Source: Thalia democratica
Lineage: Eukaryota
Assembly: GCA_965202585.1 (NCBI GenBank)
Contig: OZ241826.1
Span: 79,980,001-80,044,000, forward strand
Direction of reading: 5' to 3'
DNA length: 64,000 nucleotides
Both the position numbers and the translations under genes were made by a program. This document shows positions 23,801-35,800 of the stretch, piece by piece. Every line of letters starts with the position of its first letter. The stretch's first letter is position 1. The notes beneath the pieces are model-generated. The model was not told the DNA's origin. It was given only the letters and a program-made list of their open reading frames with translations, and ran no database searches.

Positions 23801-26800
23801 AAATTTTGCTAAAACAAACATTTATACTAAACATTTATAACTTTTCAGGCAAGTCAATTCTGTACGAGCTGGGGGGCAAGCAGAGCTGGATGCACCCCAA
23901 CGAGTTCCAAGCGATAAGCGGGAGAGAGACTGCCAAGGATTGGAAGAGGAGCATTAGACATCACGGGAAGAGTCTGAAAGCTCTCATGTCAAAATCGGTG
24001 ATCATTCATCATCAGAACGAATGCGAATGTGAATGGTGTCTGAAAAACATTGCTTTCCTCGCTCAACAAAACAGGGTGAGACTATTTACTTTGTAGCAGT
24101 CTTAAACCACAATGATCTTTTATTCATTTTAACATAGTATAATATATGTTTATTAACATAAATTTTGTCTTATAAAAAAGTAACAAAAAGACAATGCTTT
24201 CCATACGAATAAAATAAAAGTTTAAAAAATAAAGGATTCTACTTTTAAAAATAAATAAAAAATAAAGAAAAAAACAGCACCAAGGGTCAAATAAGAATGA
24301 TTAAGATTTTAAATTTTGAATTACTCAAGACAATAGATTTGTTTTCTAAATTTTTAAAAGTAAGCAAAAATATCAAACAGACAAGTTCTGCTGAAGATGA
24401 CGTCACAAATAAAATAAGCCATGTTTTCCCTTCCACCATCAACAACCAGCGGGAAGATCATGATGACGTCACTGCATGGCAACCGTTGGTTTCGTTGCCA
24501 AGCAACTTGCCCAGCTCTTCACTGATGGGTTTCGACAACTCGCCGTTGCTAGCCAAAATCAGCGAATCAGAGACGAGAAATTCCGCTTTCACTTGCGTTC
24601 TGCCGTCTAGAAAAATGTTTGTTGTTAATTTTTTCATTTAAATAATTTTTTAATCTTTCCAATCTATATACCTTTTTTATCACTCTTTAATTTAACTTAT
24701 ACATTTGTTATGTATTTTTTCCATGAAATAAATGAATTTAAAATAACTATAACATTAAAAACAAAGTAATTTAGATAAAGTTTTACGTAGTTGAGGGGTA
24801 TGTCTCTAATAACAGAGTTTTTAATCAGAGCTTCTCAGTCGCAAATGCAACGAAAATCTCCATGTTCGATTGATAAAAAAGCTCAAAGTCCTGCAGCAAA
24901 CGGAGATACATTTTCTAGAAAAAGATCACACAACGTTGAACAAAATCAGGTTGGGAGTTTGTCAGATAGAGAAAAAATATGTATACATAAATAATATTTT
25001 TACCAAATTACAACTCTTTTTTTTTGCAGAATATGTTAAACGAAGAAGCAAACGAATTACATCCAATTGTTAACAAAATATCAAAAATTGAAAACGGTTC
25101 GTTTTTTAAGTATTTGAACACACAAAATAAGTAATGAATAATTTTGAAACCTGCATATATTTTAGCACTACATTTAAAATAAAATTTTAGACCAACTATA
25201 TATGCTTAAAGATTTTACAATACTAAAATACAGAATTTTTTAGGCTTTCTGCCGAATTTACACGAAAATTCAATCAACCTCGACTATAAAAAGTAAGTAA
25301 TTTATTTATATTTTATTATATGTAAAATTGCTCACAGTTGCCCTTTAAAAAACAGCAAATTGTTCAAAGTAAAAGTTTCCGTCAACATCTAAGCGCAGAT
25401 AACTCTTTTTTTTAACAAACAGTCGTTTTATTTTTAAATCTAATTTCTTTGTGGTCTTAATTTGTAGAAGCAGACTTTTTTGTTAATGTTTTTGTTCAAG
25501 CCAACTTATTTTGCTATGCGAGCAGCTGTTATTAAAAAGTAATTTTAATAATGTTTTCAAAAAAAGTATTAAGTTGATTTAATTGAAATAATCAAAAATA
25601 GACAGACTTTTTGTAATACTGTATAATTAAATAGTCAATTTGCTGATACTTAGATTTATACTGAAAAAAAAGTTTTAACTTAGCTTAGTAAATTGTTAAA
25701 TACATTTAAAAATTTTAAAAAAAGTTTTTTATTTTTGTTACATATATGTTGTCCAAATATACTGCTAAATAAACATTTTGAATACTTCAATTTACTAATT
25801 TACTAAATTTAAATAGATATTATTTGAGCGGACTAATTTGTAATCACTTTAAGTTTATTACTGGCAAAGCATTATGAGAATAAAAAATTGTTTATTTATA
25901 TCTAGTCATATGTAATTTAAAGTTACAATTTTAGACAAAAAATAATTAAGTCATGTTCTCTTACAACAAGATGCTTTGTTAAACTATCAAGTATTTTTTC
26001 TTACTTATAATGAAATATAAGTTTTTTATAATTGTTTTTATAATGTTTTTTTAATTAAATATTTATTTACAGATTGATGCAGGATCAGTCAAATCTTGTA
26101 AAGAACATGACGGCTGCATTCGGACAATTGGCGCCAAATTTACTTGAAAATATTAAAATAAATTGCAAGTCTCAAGTAGAACAAGAAATGAGACAATCAG
26201 AAGAATTAGAATCTTTTGAATTACGTCAGAAAATCAACTTAAAAAATGTGAAAGACAATGCTGAAATTTTAGAAAAGTAAGCAGTTATGTAGTTATAAAA
26301 ACATTATTTTAAACTTAATTAAATCTTTTTTTTAATTAAAAAACTATCTAAGAAGCTGCGAAGATTGATTTTAATTGAAAACCTATTTTGAATTTGTTAA
26401 AATATCTTTTCAATTATTATCATTAATATTATTAAAAAAATAAATTATTTTAAAGCATGGTTAGTATCAACTGATACGGCTTAAAATTTAACTATAAAGC
26501 TAAATAACATATACTCAATTTTAGGTTCAATATGGCTGTTGAAGCTAACTTGATATCTGTTAAAGCATACAACGTAACACTTTTCAGGTTTAATTTTTTA
26601 ACTTTTATTTTAGCATATCAAACGAGAAAAATGAAACTTTTGTTAAAAAGTTAATACCGAAGATTGTAAAAAGACCAAGTAGCGTTCCTATGTAAGTATT
26701 TTTTGTACAATTCATTTAGTATAAAAATACTTGTATATTAATATAGATATAGTTTAAAAAAACATAAATGCATACTTCGTATCACTTAGATAAAAAAAAA

Positions 26801-27695
26801 TTAAAAAACTTTTAGTTTTCAAAGCTTAAGTGGTAAGAATAATCTCTTCTGCAGTAGTGTATAAAAAAATGTTTTTGTTATACAAAACTCAATATTTTTA
26901 TTTTCAGAAAACTTAAAAAAGAAACAAAAAAGCCGAGAATTTTTCATTCACTCTTTGACTTGTAAGTTAATAGTACGTTAGATATAACTTTATGTATTTA
27001 AAAATGATATAAATTTGTTTTGTTATACAGAAATTCCACTTTCGAAGGCGCTTCTTTTAAGAACTTTAACCTTCAGACCGATAAAACAATGCTTAAAACT
27101 AAACTTGTGTCTCACACTTCATCAAAAAATGCTTCACTGCCGAGTGAGACTAACAACAGGTCATCTTTCATGTCTGCTGACAAAACTGCCATAGAAAGGA
27201 TATTGAAAAATTCTGATGAAATGAGCAAATGGAGTTGTGATAGAGTCGGTCAGTATTTAGACGAAATAGATTTGGGGCAATATAAACAAGTGCGTCAAAT
27301 ATATGTAACTATAAATACACCATTTTGTTTGAACCTTCTTAAGACTATGTATAGTTAAATTTTTACGTAGTAACACATATTTTTACTTCAAATTAAAACT
27401 TTAAAAATAAAATGACTTCAATCGTGTTTAAATTAAAATTTTAAAGCTGTTGTTTGTTTTACAACACGAAACAAAACTACATTTTTTTAAATAGTAACCA
27501 TGACAACAGATCTTTCTTGACAACGGCATCAATGGACACTCCCTCCCGTTCATTAGGGAGGAGTCATGCTTGAGCAGGTTGCAAATGAAACTGGGTCACG
27601 CTCACACCCTCATTTCCTCCGTTCACCGTCACTTGGGGTCGTACTTCTTCTTCCTCGAAGCTCACTTTTCACCTTCCTCACCTCTTGCTATTTAG
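17545..27695 (+). CDS. Gene A: 13-coding-exon SAND-domain + SAM-domain protein (putative transcriptional regulator), ~719 aa. Exons: 17545-17819, 19316-19482, 21730-21966, 23849-24075, 24381-24616, 24829-24949, 25030-25096, 25244-25292, 26073-26276, 26614-26691, 26908-26961, 27031-27289, 27510-27695
   Basis: All introns are GT..AG and phases chain consistently (2,1,1,0,2,0,1,2,2,2,2,0) to 2160 nt ending in TAG. Exons 3-4 give LEVTCGDNNALLYIARLSQGSKG-KSILYELGGKQSWMHPNEFQAISGRETAKDWKRSIRHHGKSL (SAND, KDWK signature). Exons 12-13 give WSCDRVGQYLDEIDLGQYKQ-IFLDNGINGHSLPFIREESCLSRLQMKLGHAHTLISSV (SAM pattern). Exons 9-13 are confirmed by equal-length exons in the paralog. Confidence 0.85.
18380..18640. 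promoter_or_regulatory. Intron-1 conserved element with X-box cluster
   Basis: GTTGCTATGGAAAC (18619-18632), GTTTACATGGTGAC (18560-18573) and several GGCAAC/GTTGC half-sites; homologs at ~31930-32170 and ~44300-44540. Confidence 0.65.
19316..19482 (+). CDS. Gene A exon 2 (NNQLNHHQLVSTQQRSTSAMTSSPELSSP...VVTPNNN), S/T/Q-rich
   Basis: Acceptor cacag|c at 19315, donor a|gtaagt at 19483; phases 2 and 1 fit both neighbours. Confidence 0.75.
20600..21462 (+). promoter_or_regulatory. Putative internal promoter and alternative non-coding first exon in intron 2
   Basis: CpG-rich; TGACGTCA at 20958; X-box GTTGCCAATGGAAAC at 21280-21294; strong donor tcg|gtgagt at 21463; in-frame ATG at 21735 just inside exon 3. 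Confidence 0.55.
21730..21966 (+). CDS. Gene A exon 3, N-terminal half of SAND domain
   Basis: Acceptor ccgcag|at, donor g|gtgggt; WTVNLPKG...FLEVTCGDNNALLYIARLSQGSK. Confidence 0.88.
23849..24075 (+). CDS. Gene A exon 4, SAND core with KDWK motif and HxxxCxCxxC tail
   Basis: Acceptor ttttcag|gc, donor agg|gtgaga; HPNEFQAISGRETAKDWKRSIRHHGKSL...HHQNECECEWC. Confidence 0.92.
24381..24616 (+). CDS. Gene A exon 5 (TSSAEDDVT...AFTCVLPSRK)
   Basis: Acceptor aacag|aca (phase 0), donor at|gtttgt (phase 2); open GC-richer frame. Confidence 0.75.
24829..24949 (+). CDS. Gene A exon 6 (ASQSQMQRKSP...HNVEQNQ)
   Basis: Acceptor aatcag|a (phase 2); weak donor cag|gttggg (phase 0). Confidence 0.6.
25030..25096 (+). 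CDS. Gene A exon 7 (NMLNEEANELHPIVNKISKIEN)
   Basis: Acceptor tttttgcag|aat; donor g|gttcgt chosen because its phase fits exon 8. Confidence 0.55.
25244..25292 (+). CDS. Gene A exon 8 (49 nt; FLPNLHENSINLDYK)
   Basis: Acceptor tttttag|gc, donor aa|gtaagt; bridges phase 1 to phase 2. Confidence 0.6.
26073..26276 (+). CDS. Gene A exon 9 (LMQDQSNLVKNM...AEILE)
   Basis: ttacag|a and aa|gtaagc; a 204-nt homolog is present in the paralog. Confidence 0.85.
26614..26691 (+). CDS. Gene A exon 10 (ISNEKNETFVKKLIPKIVKRPSSVP)
   Basis: ttttag|c and at|gtaagt; 78-nt homolog in the paralog. Confidence 0.8.
26908..26961 (+). CDS. Gene A exon 11 (KLKKETKKPRIFHSLFD), basic NLS-like
   Basis: ttttcag|a and tt|gtaagt; 54-nt homolog in the paralog. 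Confidence 0.8.
27031..27289 (+). CDS. Gene A exon 12, linker and start of SAM domain
   Basis: atacag|a and caa|gtgcgt; ends in MSKWSCDRVGQYLDEIDLGQYKQ. Confidence 0.88.
27494..27507. promoter_or_regulatory. RFX X-box overlapping the SAM-exon splice acceptor
   Basis: GTAACCATGACAAC; the paralogous position reads GTTGTTATGGATAC (49046-49059), also an X-box. Confidence 0.6.
27510..27695 (+). CDS. Gene A terminal exon 13, rest of SAM domain to TAG
   Basis: caacag|atc; IFLDNGINGHSLPFIREESCLSRLQMKLGHAHTLISSVHRHLGSYFFFLEAHFSPSSPLAI*. Confidence 0.88.
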   Translation: MFLDNGINGHSLPFIREESCLSRLQMKLGHAHTLISSVHRHLGSYFFFLEAHFSPSSPLAI

Positions 27696-30600
27696 GGTAA
27701 AACCCGAGATTGAAACTTAACAACTGTGCAAATTAACGTCTCTTTTTGCTTACACGGCTTTACCTTTTTTATTATTTTAGGTTTTTAAAAAACATTTTAC
27801 AGTAACTTTTTGTCAGACCTCAAATTAGGAGAAGAATATTTTTGACCGACGATCTTTAAAAGCAGTTACCTTTTGTGCTCCATGTTCTATTTTTTCTGAC
27901 TAAAAGCATACTTTGAAAAAAAAAAGCATAAGTTTATTAACTTTTTTTTATTACCAGATCGACAACTTTTGGTTTTTCTATGTGCAAAAAATTTATAAGT
28001 CTAAAGTTTGTATGATATTTTACTTCAACATACTAAAAAAAACTTAATTTTTCTACAAATGACTGATTTTCAAACAAGGTTTTGCAATAACATAATTTCA
28101 TACAAAAATTCAATTGTATTTCTACTTTTAACAAATAATATATTAATAGATAATTACTGTAAGGTAATATATTTTTAGTTTTTTAAGCTTTTAATATTTA
28201 AAACAAAATAGTCTTTTATGAACAAATTTTGTGAACATTGGTTAAATTTAAAATTTTTTTTGCCTGTAAAAATTTATGTACTACTAAAACTGTTTTTGTA
28301 TTTTTGAAGAAAAATTTTTATTATAATAAAATTTAAAAAAAATGTGCGTTTTTAGTATTTAGATACAATATATAAATTGCAGAACACAATAATCATTTGC
28401 AGTAGAAACGTCTAATAAAACTCTAAAGTTTCTTTAGAACTTGGGAAATTGTTTTAAAATGCTATTAATACAACAAATTATTTTTAAGTAAAAATTTCAT
28501 AAAATAATAACTGTAATAGTGTTCTTTTATTTTTGTTTAATCTAAGATTAGGTGAACTACTTCAAATTTTCATATAAACCAAACTTTGTTGAGATTATAT
28601 TTACAACTAAAATTTACATATTGCTTTTTTGTTGTGTTATATAGTTTATAATCCTTTTTTATTTTAAATTTAAAAGTTTTAAAAAATAAAAAATATTTAT
28701 TTTTTTAACTTTGTTTATAATAAAACTTCTAATAAATTAATTTTAAAATTATGTTTATGGCACTGAAGTTTAAAGATTATTCAATCTACTTAGAATTTAA
28801 AATTAGATTTAATGGAGAAAGTATAATGACAACGGTAGTGCGGAAATCAATTACTATTTATATACAAAAATTATCTTACAACGAAGCAAATTTTTAAAAA
28901 TAGTTGAACAAAGTCAAACTGCTTAATGAGCACGGATACTTATAAGGCAGTGATTTGAAATTGAAACTGAAGTAAACTTTAAACAAAGTAAACCAACAAT
29001 CTTTTGGGAATTAATTGTACTACTAAGGCTTTTCTGTTATATGTTTGCGGTTTAACTATAACTTGGATCTTAAAGCTTATATTAAATTATTTACAAGGTT
29101 ATTAAGTAAAATTCTTAAGCTTTTAAAACTTGTTTTTATTTTATTTATAATCTCCTCAGAAAAATAATTATACTATAAATTCCTTCAGGCTGATTTTATT
29201 ACACCTTGCTAATTAAAAAAAAAAAAAGTGATTGATTTTTACTGTACGCAAACAAAAAGTTGTAGCTAAATTAACTTTGAAAATTACAAAAGAATTTATA
29301 AATAAGCTTATTAAACGGCGTTAAAAGGTTTAAATTAATACCAACTTTAACAAAAAAAATATTGTTTAATTTATTTTTAACTACATAGCACCAACTTCCA
29401 CCATAGTATAAAAAAAATTCAAACGCTTTTGTAATTGATGTCGAAGTGAAAAGGAAAACTATTTTTCCTGCCTTGTTGCAAGTAACGCTGCATTATTAAA
29501 CCTGGAATTTTTCACTTGCCCTCATTACAGAAAGCCCTCAATATGTTTGCAAACTGACGCATTTGAAGCTAGTTTAGCGAGGATTTTCAATTATTTTCTT
29601 GCCCCAATAAATATTAATTCACTAAAAAGTTTGTATATTGTGTAGTTTAACAACTAAAGTTAAAGCAGCAAGTTATTTAAATTAATCTTAAAAAAAACTC
29701 TTAAATTATATATTAAAAGTTAATTAACATAGCAAGCAATAATCTTTAAAGTTAAAATATGCAATTTTTTCATACTTGCCTACTTTCGTTTTTATGCTTT
29801 GTAGTTGAAGTGTTCGCTAAAATTTGTAAAATTTGAATTATTTCCATGGTTTCCATTTTGTTATTATAAAAATTCGATGTACTTCTATCAGAACAAATGT
29901 TAAGTTTACTAATAAAAAATTCTAATCCACAATTAGTTGAAAACTGATTGATTTTTGTTTTACTGCTTTTAAGGTAAAAGACTGTGTACAAGTTTAAAGC
30001 CTTAAATTTTAAATATATATACTATACTTATTAACTAATTCATATCAGGTTTTGATTTTTTTAAAATAAGCGTATCTAAAAATAATTATTATACTAACAA
30101 TTTAATATTTGTTTCAGAAAATTTTAAAGTCATTAATTAGATACCAATTGAAATGTTAGACTTATGTTGCGTATTTAGCTTCGTTTAAACGAATAAAAAA
30201 GTTAAATTGTCTAAAAAGGAAGTTAAATAAGTTTGAAAAAATAGCCATTTTAAAATGTTTAACAAATCAATAATATTGTAGCAATTTTTAATTTAATTTT
30301 TTTTTTCAATTTACAGCAGCTTCTAGCATGACTAATTTCTAAGACGTTTGCGTTTCAACGAGCAGCGAAAATCAGTTATCTCTCGCGACACCAATAAAAA
30401 ACACCAACGACTTTTTTTGTTGCGGCGGTAAAACAAAAACGTAATTTTTTTCTCCTTTGCATTGAAACTTCTATCTCAAATCTTATTACTTTTCTCTATT
30501 TAGTTAATAGTCAACTTGCTAATAAACAAGAAGGTTGGAATTTAACGTAATTGCAAAAATAAATATCAGATTGATTAAGGGTTGTTGGGACTTGAATGGT

Positions 30601-32703
30601 GGTAATGTAAAAAATGACTTTTTTTAAAACTATGGTATATAAAATAACTAGTTAGGCTTTTTATTAATTGATTGAGCAAAAAGCAATTTTTTGAAGATTT
30701 TTAAAGAAAAATCTTGCCCGAATTTTATACACAAGAATGTTTTTTGATGTATTTGAACCACATAGTTTTTCGTCGACTTTTTAAATTGACTTTTTGCCAC
30801 TTTATTAGAATACATGCTGACAAATTGTCTGAAAAAACCGTAAGCCTTTAAAAACCACATATTTTCTACAGCCCTAAACTTTCGAAAACTTTTAAAACCC
30901 TAGTGTTGAACTATGTCGAGATTTGAAAAAAAAACTAATTTAAAAGGATATTTGTTTCAAACAAGATATGAAAAAAACACAAAAGATAAAAAAAAATATA
31001 TCCCTATTTTCTATTTAAACCTATCTGTTAACGACCTTAATTGCTTCAAGCTCGCTTTTTTATCTGAAAATATCAAATATAAATTTTCACCGCAAATCGT
31101 TTTATGCCACTACGCATTACAAGCAAATTTCTCAGATAAAGAGCTGTTTGCTGATTAATAAACAGTTTTTGAGGCAAGTCAGCTTTTTTGTGGTTTTCGC
31201 TTCCAATGTTGACACAACGCTAGTTTGCGGCTTTAGATTTTAAGAATCCACGGTAAAAACAGTCTTAAACCAAAAGTGTAATTTATTATTACTTTAATAA
31301 TTTACAACTCCTAAGTTTTAATTCGTGTTTTTTGAGATTTTTTAAGTCGCTCATTTTATAGTTTGTTATTTTTTGTGCCGAATTTAAAAAAAAAAATTTT
31401 TTGTTTTACAAATTTGATTAATCTTAGGTTTTTTTTATTTGATTTATTGCAAATTTATGAGGTTTTTGAAATTTAAAATAGTTTTTGAAATTTATCTTTT
31501 ACAGTAAATTATTTTATTTTTTGTTGCAAACATTATTGAAAAACTTGTAAGCATAGTTTTATGTGTAGTTCTGTTTTAAAGGTGTACCAAAAACAAGAAT
31601 GTAATTCTTTTCAACTTTTCTAATCTCTCATTGAAAAGTTTAAATACCTTAGGAGATTCCAAAAAAATTCATACAAATGTAATATAAGTAAAATATATTT
31701 AGCACTATAGAGTCTATTACCAGCAATAGTAAACTGTTTGCTTATTATTTCACCACCAACTTCTCTACAAAGTCTTAATGAATTTGTTTTTATTTTGCTG
31801 ATGTGTATTTTCACACAATATTAAAAGCTTTTCACAGTTTTTAATCCTTAATGTAAAAATTTAATAAATTTTGTCAAAGTTAAAAATTAAAACTTTAGTT
31901 ATATCTCTACAAACGTTTTTGCCCCTCCTACGATTTAGCGGTAATTTTCAGACATCAGTCACCGCCCGTAGACGTCAGTAGTTTTACGGTAATTCAGCCA
32001 ACTAACTTCTACAAAAATGCTTGACAACCTTGTTGCCATGCCACCTTGGTTGCCGCAAAGGTCATCATTGCTTATCGGCTTAATTTGATTGGAGATTAAC
32101 TGGTTCGTAGCTCGTAACCATGGCGACAGAAACTAATCAGCAGCGATATTGTAACCATGTAATACGACTTGTTACTAAGTTAATAGCTTGTATAACCGTA
32201 AATATATTAAACAGTTTTTTACCGACTATTTTGACCTTTTGATCAAATGACCTTTATTTCAGCAATAAAGAATAATTAAACAGTTGAATAGCCTAATTCT
32301 TAACTTACTACTCTCGCTGGTTTTCTTAAAAATGTTTTTATTGTTTTTAAACGAACTGGAAATGAAACAGACTTTTGTACGTGGTTTTAAAGCAAGCTTT
32401 TAGCTTAAACTAAAAGTTATTGCATAATTTTTTAAAGTTTTTAGGTAAAAACAGTAATATTTTGTTTTTTTTTGAGTAGGGTTTTTAATTTTGTACTTTA
32501 GTTTTTATTTTTACTCGACCATAGATTTTATAATAAAGCTCTAAATAATTACATTAAATTTTAGCTTAAGAATACAGTTATTTAATGGAGTTAAAGTATA
32601 ATACAGAAAATATAATTATGTTTTTTTTAATCTAGTAGCTTTTTCACATAAAGTATTTTTCTTTTTTTCATGATATTGCGTGTTAGACTATTCATTGTCG
32701 TAG

Positions 32704-32860
32704 CAACAACCAACTCAATCATCATCTGGTTTCAACGCAACTCACTTCCGGTATGACGTCATAGCAACATATGTCATCACCCCTAACAACAACTTCCGCT
32801 GTCGCTCGTCACTAATCCCCTATTGTTACCAGTAGTAACCGAGTGGAGGTTGTAACACCA
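32704..32860 (+). pseudogene. Dead copy of exon 2 (in-frame TAG at 32762-32764, donor lost)
   Basis: cgtag|c aac aac caa ctc aat cat cat ctg gtt tca acg...atg acg tca TAG. Confidence 0.8.
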
Positions 32861-35800
32861 ATTGTTCTATTTTAACATGTTTTTGGTCAAAATTATTGCT
32901 TTAACTTCAACAAATACTTTATTTAACAGTTTACAATTGAAAAAACTAGATAGTAATAAAATATTTTATGAAAATTGTATCTAAATCTAAAGTTATGATT
33001 TTGCTCACTATAAAAAAAGTATCTTAATTAAACTCAAAATTAATTTCTAATAAATAATGATGACCAGCTCTGCATTTGTTAAAAACATTGAAAAGTACTA
33101 GATATAGAAACAATAGTATGAGTTTAACAAAATTAAGTTTTAGCTTAAGTAATTATATCAAAAAAGTTGAAAAATACAAAAAAGAAAAATTATATTGTTG
33201 CTGACATTAATTGAAAACAAATTCTCTTAAAAGTAAAAAATACTTTTTTCAGTTAGTTATTTCATTTAGAGTAGCAATCATAAAGTCATTTATACAAAAC
33301 AATCTGCTTAAAACATTGCATAAAAAATGTTCTATCTATTTGCTTATCAATCCTTCAAACTGCTACTCTTATCGAATAAAACGGGCGACAAAGAATTTCG
33401 TTGCGAGTACGACATGTCACCGTGTTTACGGTTCAAACTTGAATCTCAACAGCATCTGATTAAAAGGGAGATTAAATGACATTTTCGCCCTACTTAACTA
33501 GCCATGAAAGATACTTCCGTGGAATGAAATTGGTGTTAGTTTTAAATTTTAGAAATATAAAGCTTAAATTTTGCACTTAGCAACTTACAGACTTAAACTA
33601 AAATCATGTTGACGTTTCACCAGCTTAAGTATCGGTATAATCGACCTTTAAAAGTATGTTTAACCTACGAAACTTGTTGCATTTTGTTCAAAGCCTTGCT
33701 ACCATATGTATGAAAGCTGTAAATTAAATTAAAGCTTACGTTATCTCGTAATAATATTATCTACTTGTGTTATTATATAAGATATGTTTCATATTAGCAA
33801 AATAACTGTCAACATTGACAACTTCCAGTGTTCTTATGGATTACGAATGCTTGCAGATAAAAATTGTGCCTCTTTTGACCTCATTATAATGAGTGTTTGA
33901 TGCCAAATACAAACACACAAGACAGAAAGAAGCAAATTTTTTATGAAATTTTATATTGTTTTAGTACTTTGCTAAGACACGACAGGTATTTTTGGTAATA
34001 CACTAAATGCACGTTTTATGTTATATATCGGCTTTAAGGTAAACAAAAATATTTAAAAAAAACAGATAAATTTGTTTCGATTTTTTTACTTTTAAGCTAT
34101 TGACTAGTTATTTTTTGTTTAATTTTTGTGTCTTCGTAAGCTTAACATAGTTGATAAAGACTGTTTGTCTATATTGGATTATTTGGGCAATTCAATTGGC
34201 TCTTCAGGTTGTATTTTATTGAACTAAACTATTTGTAAAAGCGCTTCTTTACTTGTTTGCTGAATAAAGCTTGTTACAAATGATGTTGGATTAAAGCAAA
34301 AAACACTACAACCTTCAAACAACCTTTAAATTTTCATATGCTTCTACGAAGCAATTGTCGGTACACGTTTACTTCTCGTTGTAATTTATCAACTCTGTAA
34401 AATTAAAAGCCGAGCAATTCTGTCTCGTGGGTGAAATGCGTAAAATTTTTAAACACGCCTTTCAAAGTTAAAAGCTAATTGCTAAGAATTTTTTTTTTGT
34501 AATAAGCTTATAAGAATAACTGGCAGCAATTAGCCTTTGTCAGCTGTTTTTAATCGTATTCAGTTGCGAATGAGTTTAAAATAAGATTAATCGAAGAAAT
34601 AATCCAAATAATCTAATTAAACTTTTCAGCTTAACGACGATGGCATCCGCGGCAAGTTTCGCGTCTCGTCGCTTTTTTATTGAGAGCGCAATTTTTAAGT
34701 ACTGTGAGTTTTGCGCATTTTTATTTTATTTTTTAATGATTTAGTTAACATAAATACAACAAAAATAATCAAGTTCAATAAATTTCAGACAGGACTATAC
34801 TTATACTTAAAATAATAAGTGCTGAAAAGGTAAAAAATAAAGTTGTTCTAATATGTATATGTATAAAACAGCTCAAAGTAAATGTTTAGTTTAAACTAAC
34901 CTCAAATGAATGTTCTTTCGAAAAAATAATATTTTAGCAAAGTGAAGCCACGAGTAATGTTAATTAAACCATTTATAAGCATGGCACTGAAAAGCGAATT
35001 GAAATTCACATGGGAAATATGCTTGAACTATCTCTTAGATAGTTGTAATATTTATTTCACACCAAATTTTAACCATTAAAAAATTAATCTAAGTTATGAC
35101 TAAAGGATTAAATTTATTCAAACTCAAACAACTAAATTTACAATTTGTTGTTATCGTAAAGCAGTCCTAAAGTTTTAAATGAGACTTTTGTATTAGTTTT
35201 CAGTATTATATTGTTTGAGTTATTTATTATCGTCAACAGTCCTAACGGTTTTAATGCAACCTTTGAAATTTAATTTTTTCAAAGTCATCTGTAGTCAAAA
35301 AAACTTGAGATTAGACAATGATGTGTGCGGCTTACTAACTGTCGATACTATTTAAAAAAGAGCTTTAAATATGCATTAACTAACCGTAAATGTTTCTTCT
35401 TTTTTTTTCATTAAGCATTACGGATTTTTCTTGTAGTCATTAATAACTTGTAAAAGGAGTAGGCTTTTATCTATATATTGTTGCTTTGTTTCGTTTGTGG
35501 CGAGAATTCTTTTGAGATTCTGCGCTGATTTTGAGTCAAGTGATTTGATTCTAATGAGCTTGCTTTTGTCAAACTTCTACGAAAAGAACATTAGTATAAA
35601 ATAAGTTGTTGTGTTTTGTGAAATGCAAACTTTTCAACTTAATCTTAACAAAACACGTGTTTGTTTCAAAACTAAGTGACTTTAACTTTACCAACAAACG
35701 GTTTTAAACCATTAATAAAATATAAAAAATGTAACATTAGATCTCTAGTTTGTTACTTTTAAATTGATAAAAGGGAAATACTGAAACTCATAAAAGAATA

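Noticed and set aside
26525-26573. Candidate extra exon (ttttag|g...aac|gtaaca)
   Set aside because: Phase 2-to-0 would break the frame into exon 10, and the paralog lacks the acceptor.
29770-33459. Short K/F/L/I-rich ORFs (e.g. 29770, 30648, 30913, 31620, 33211) and similar ORFs elsewhere
   Set aside because: Composition is typical of chance ORFs in AT-rich DNA, and they are not conserved in frame in the opposite palindrome arm.
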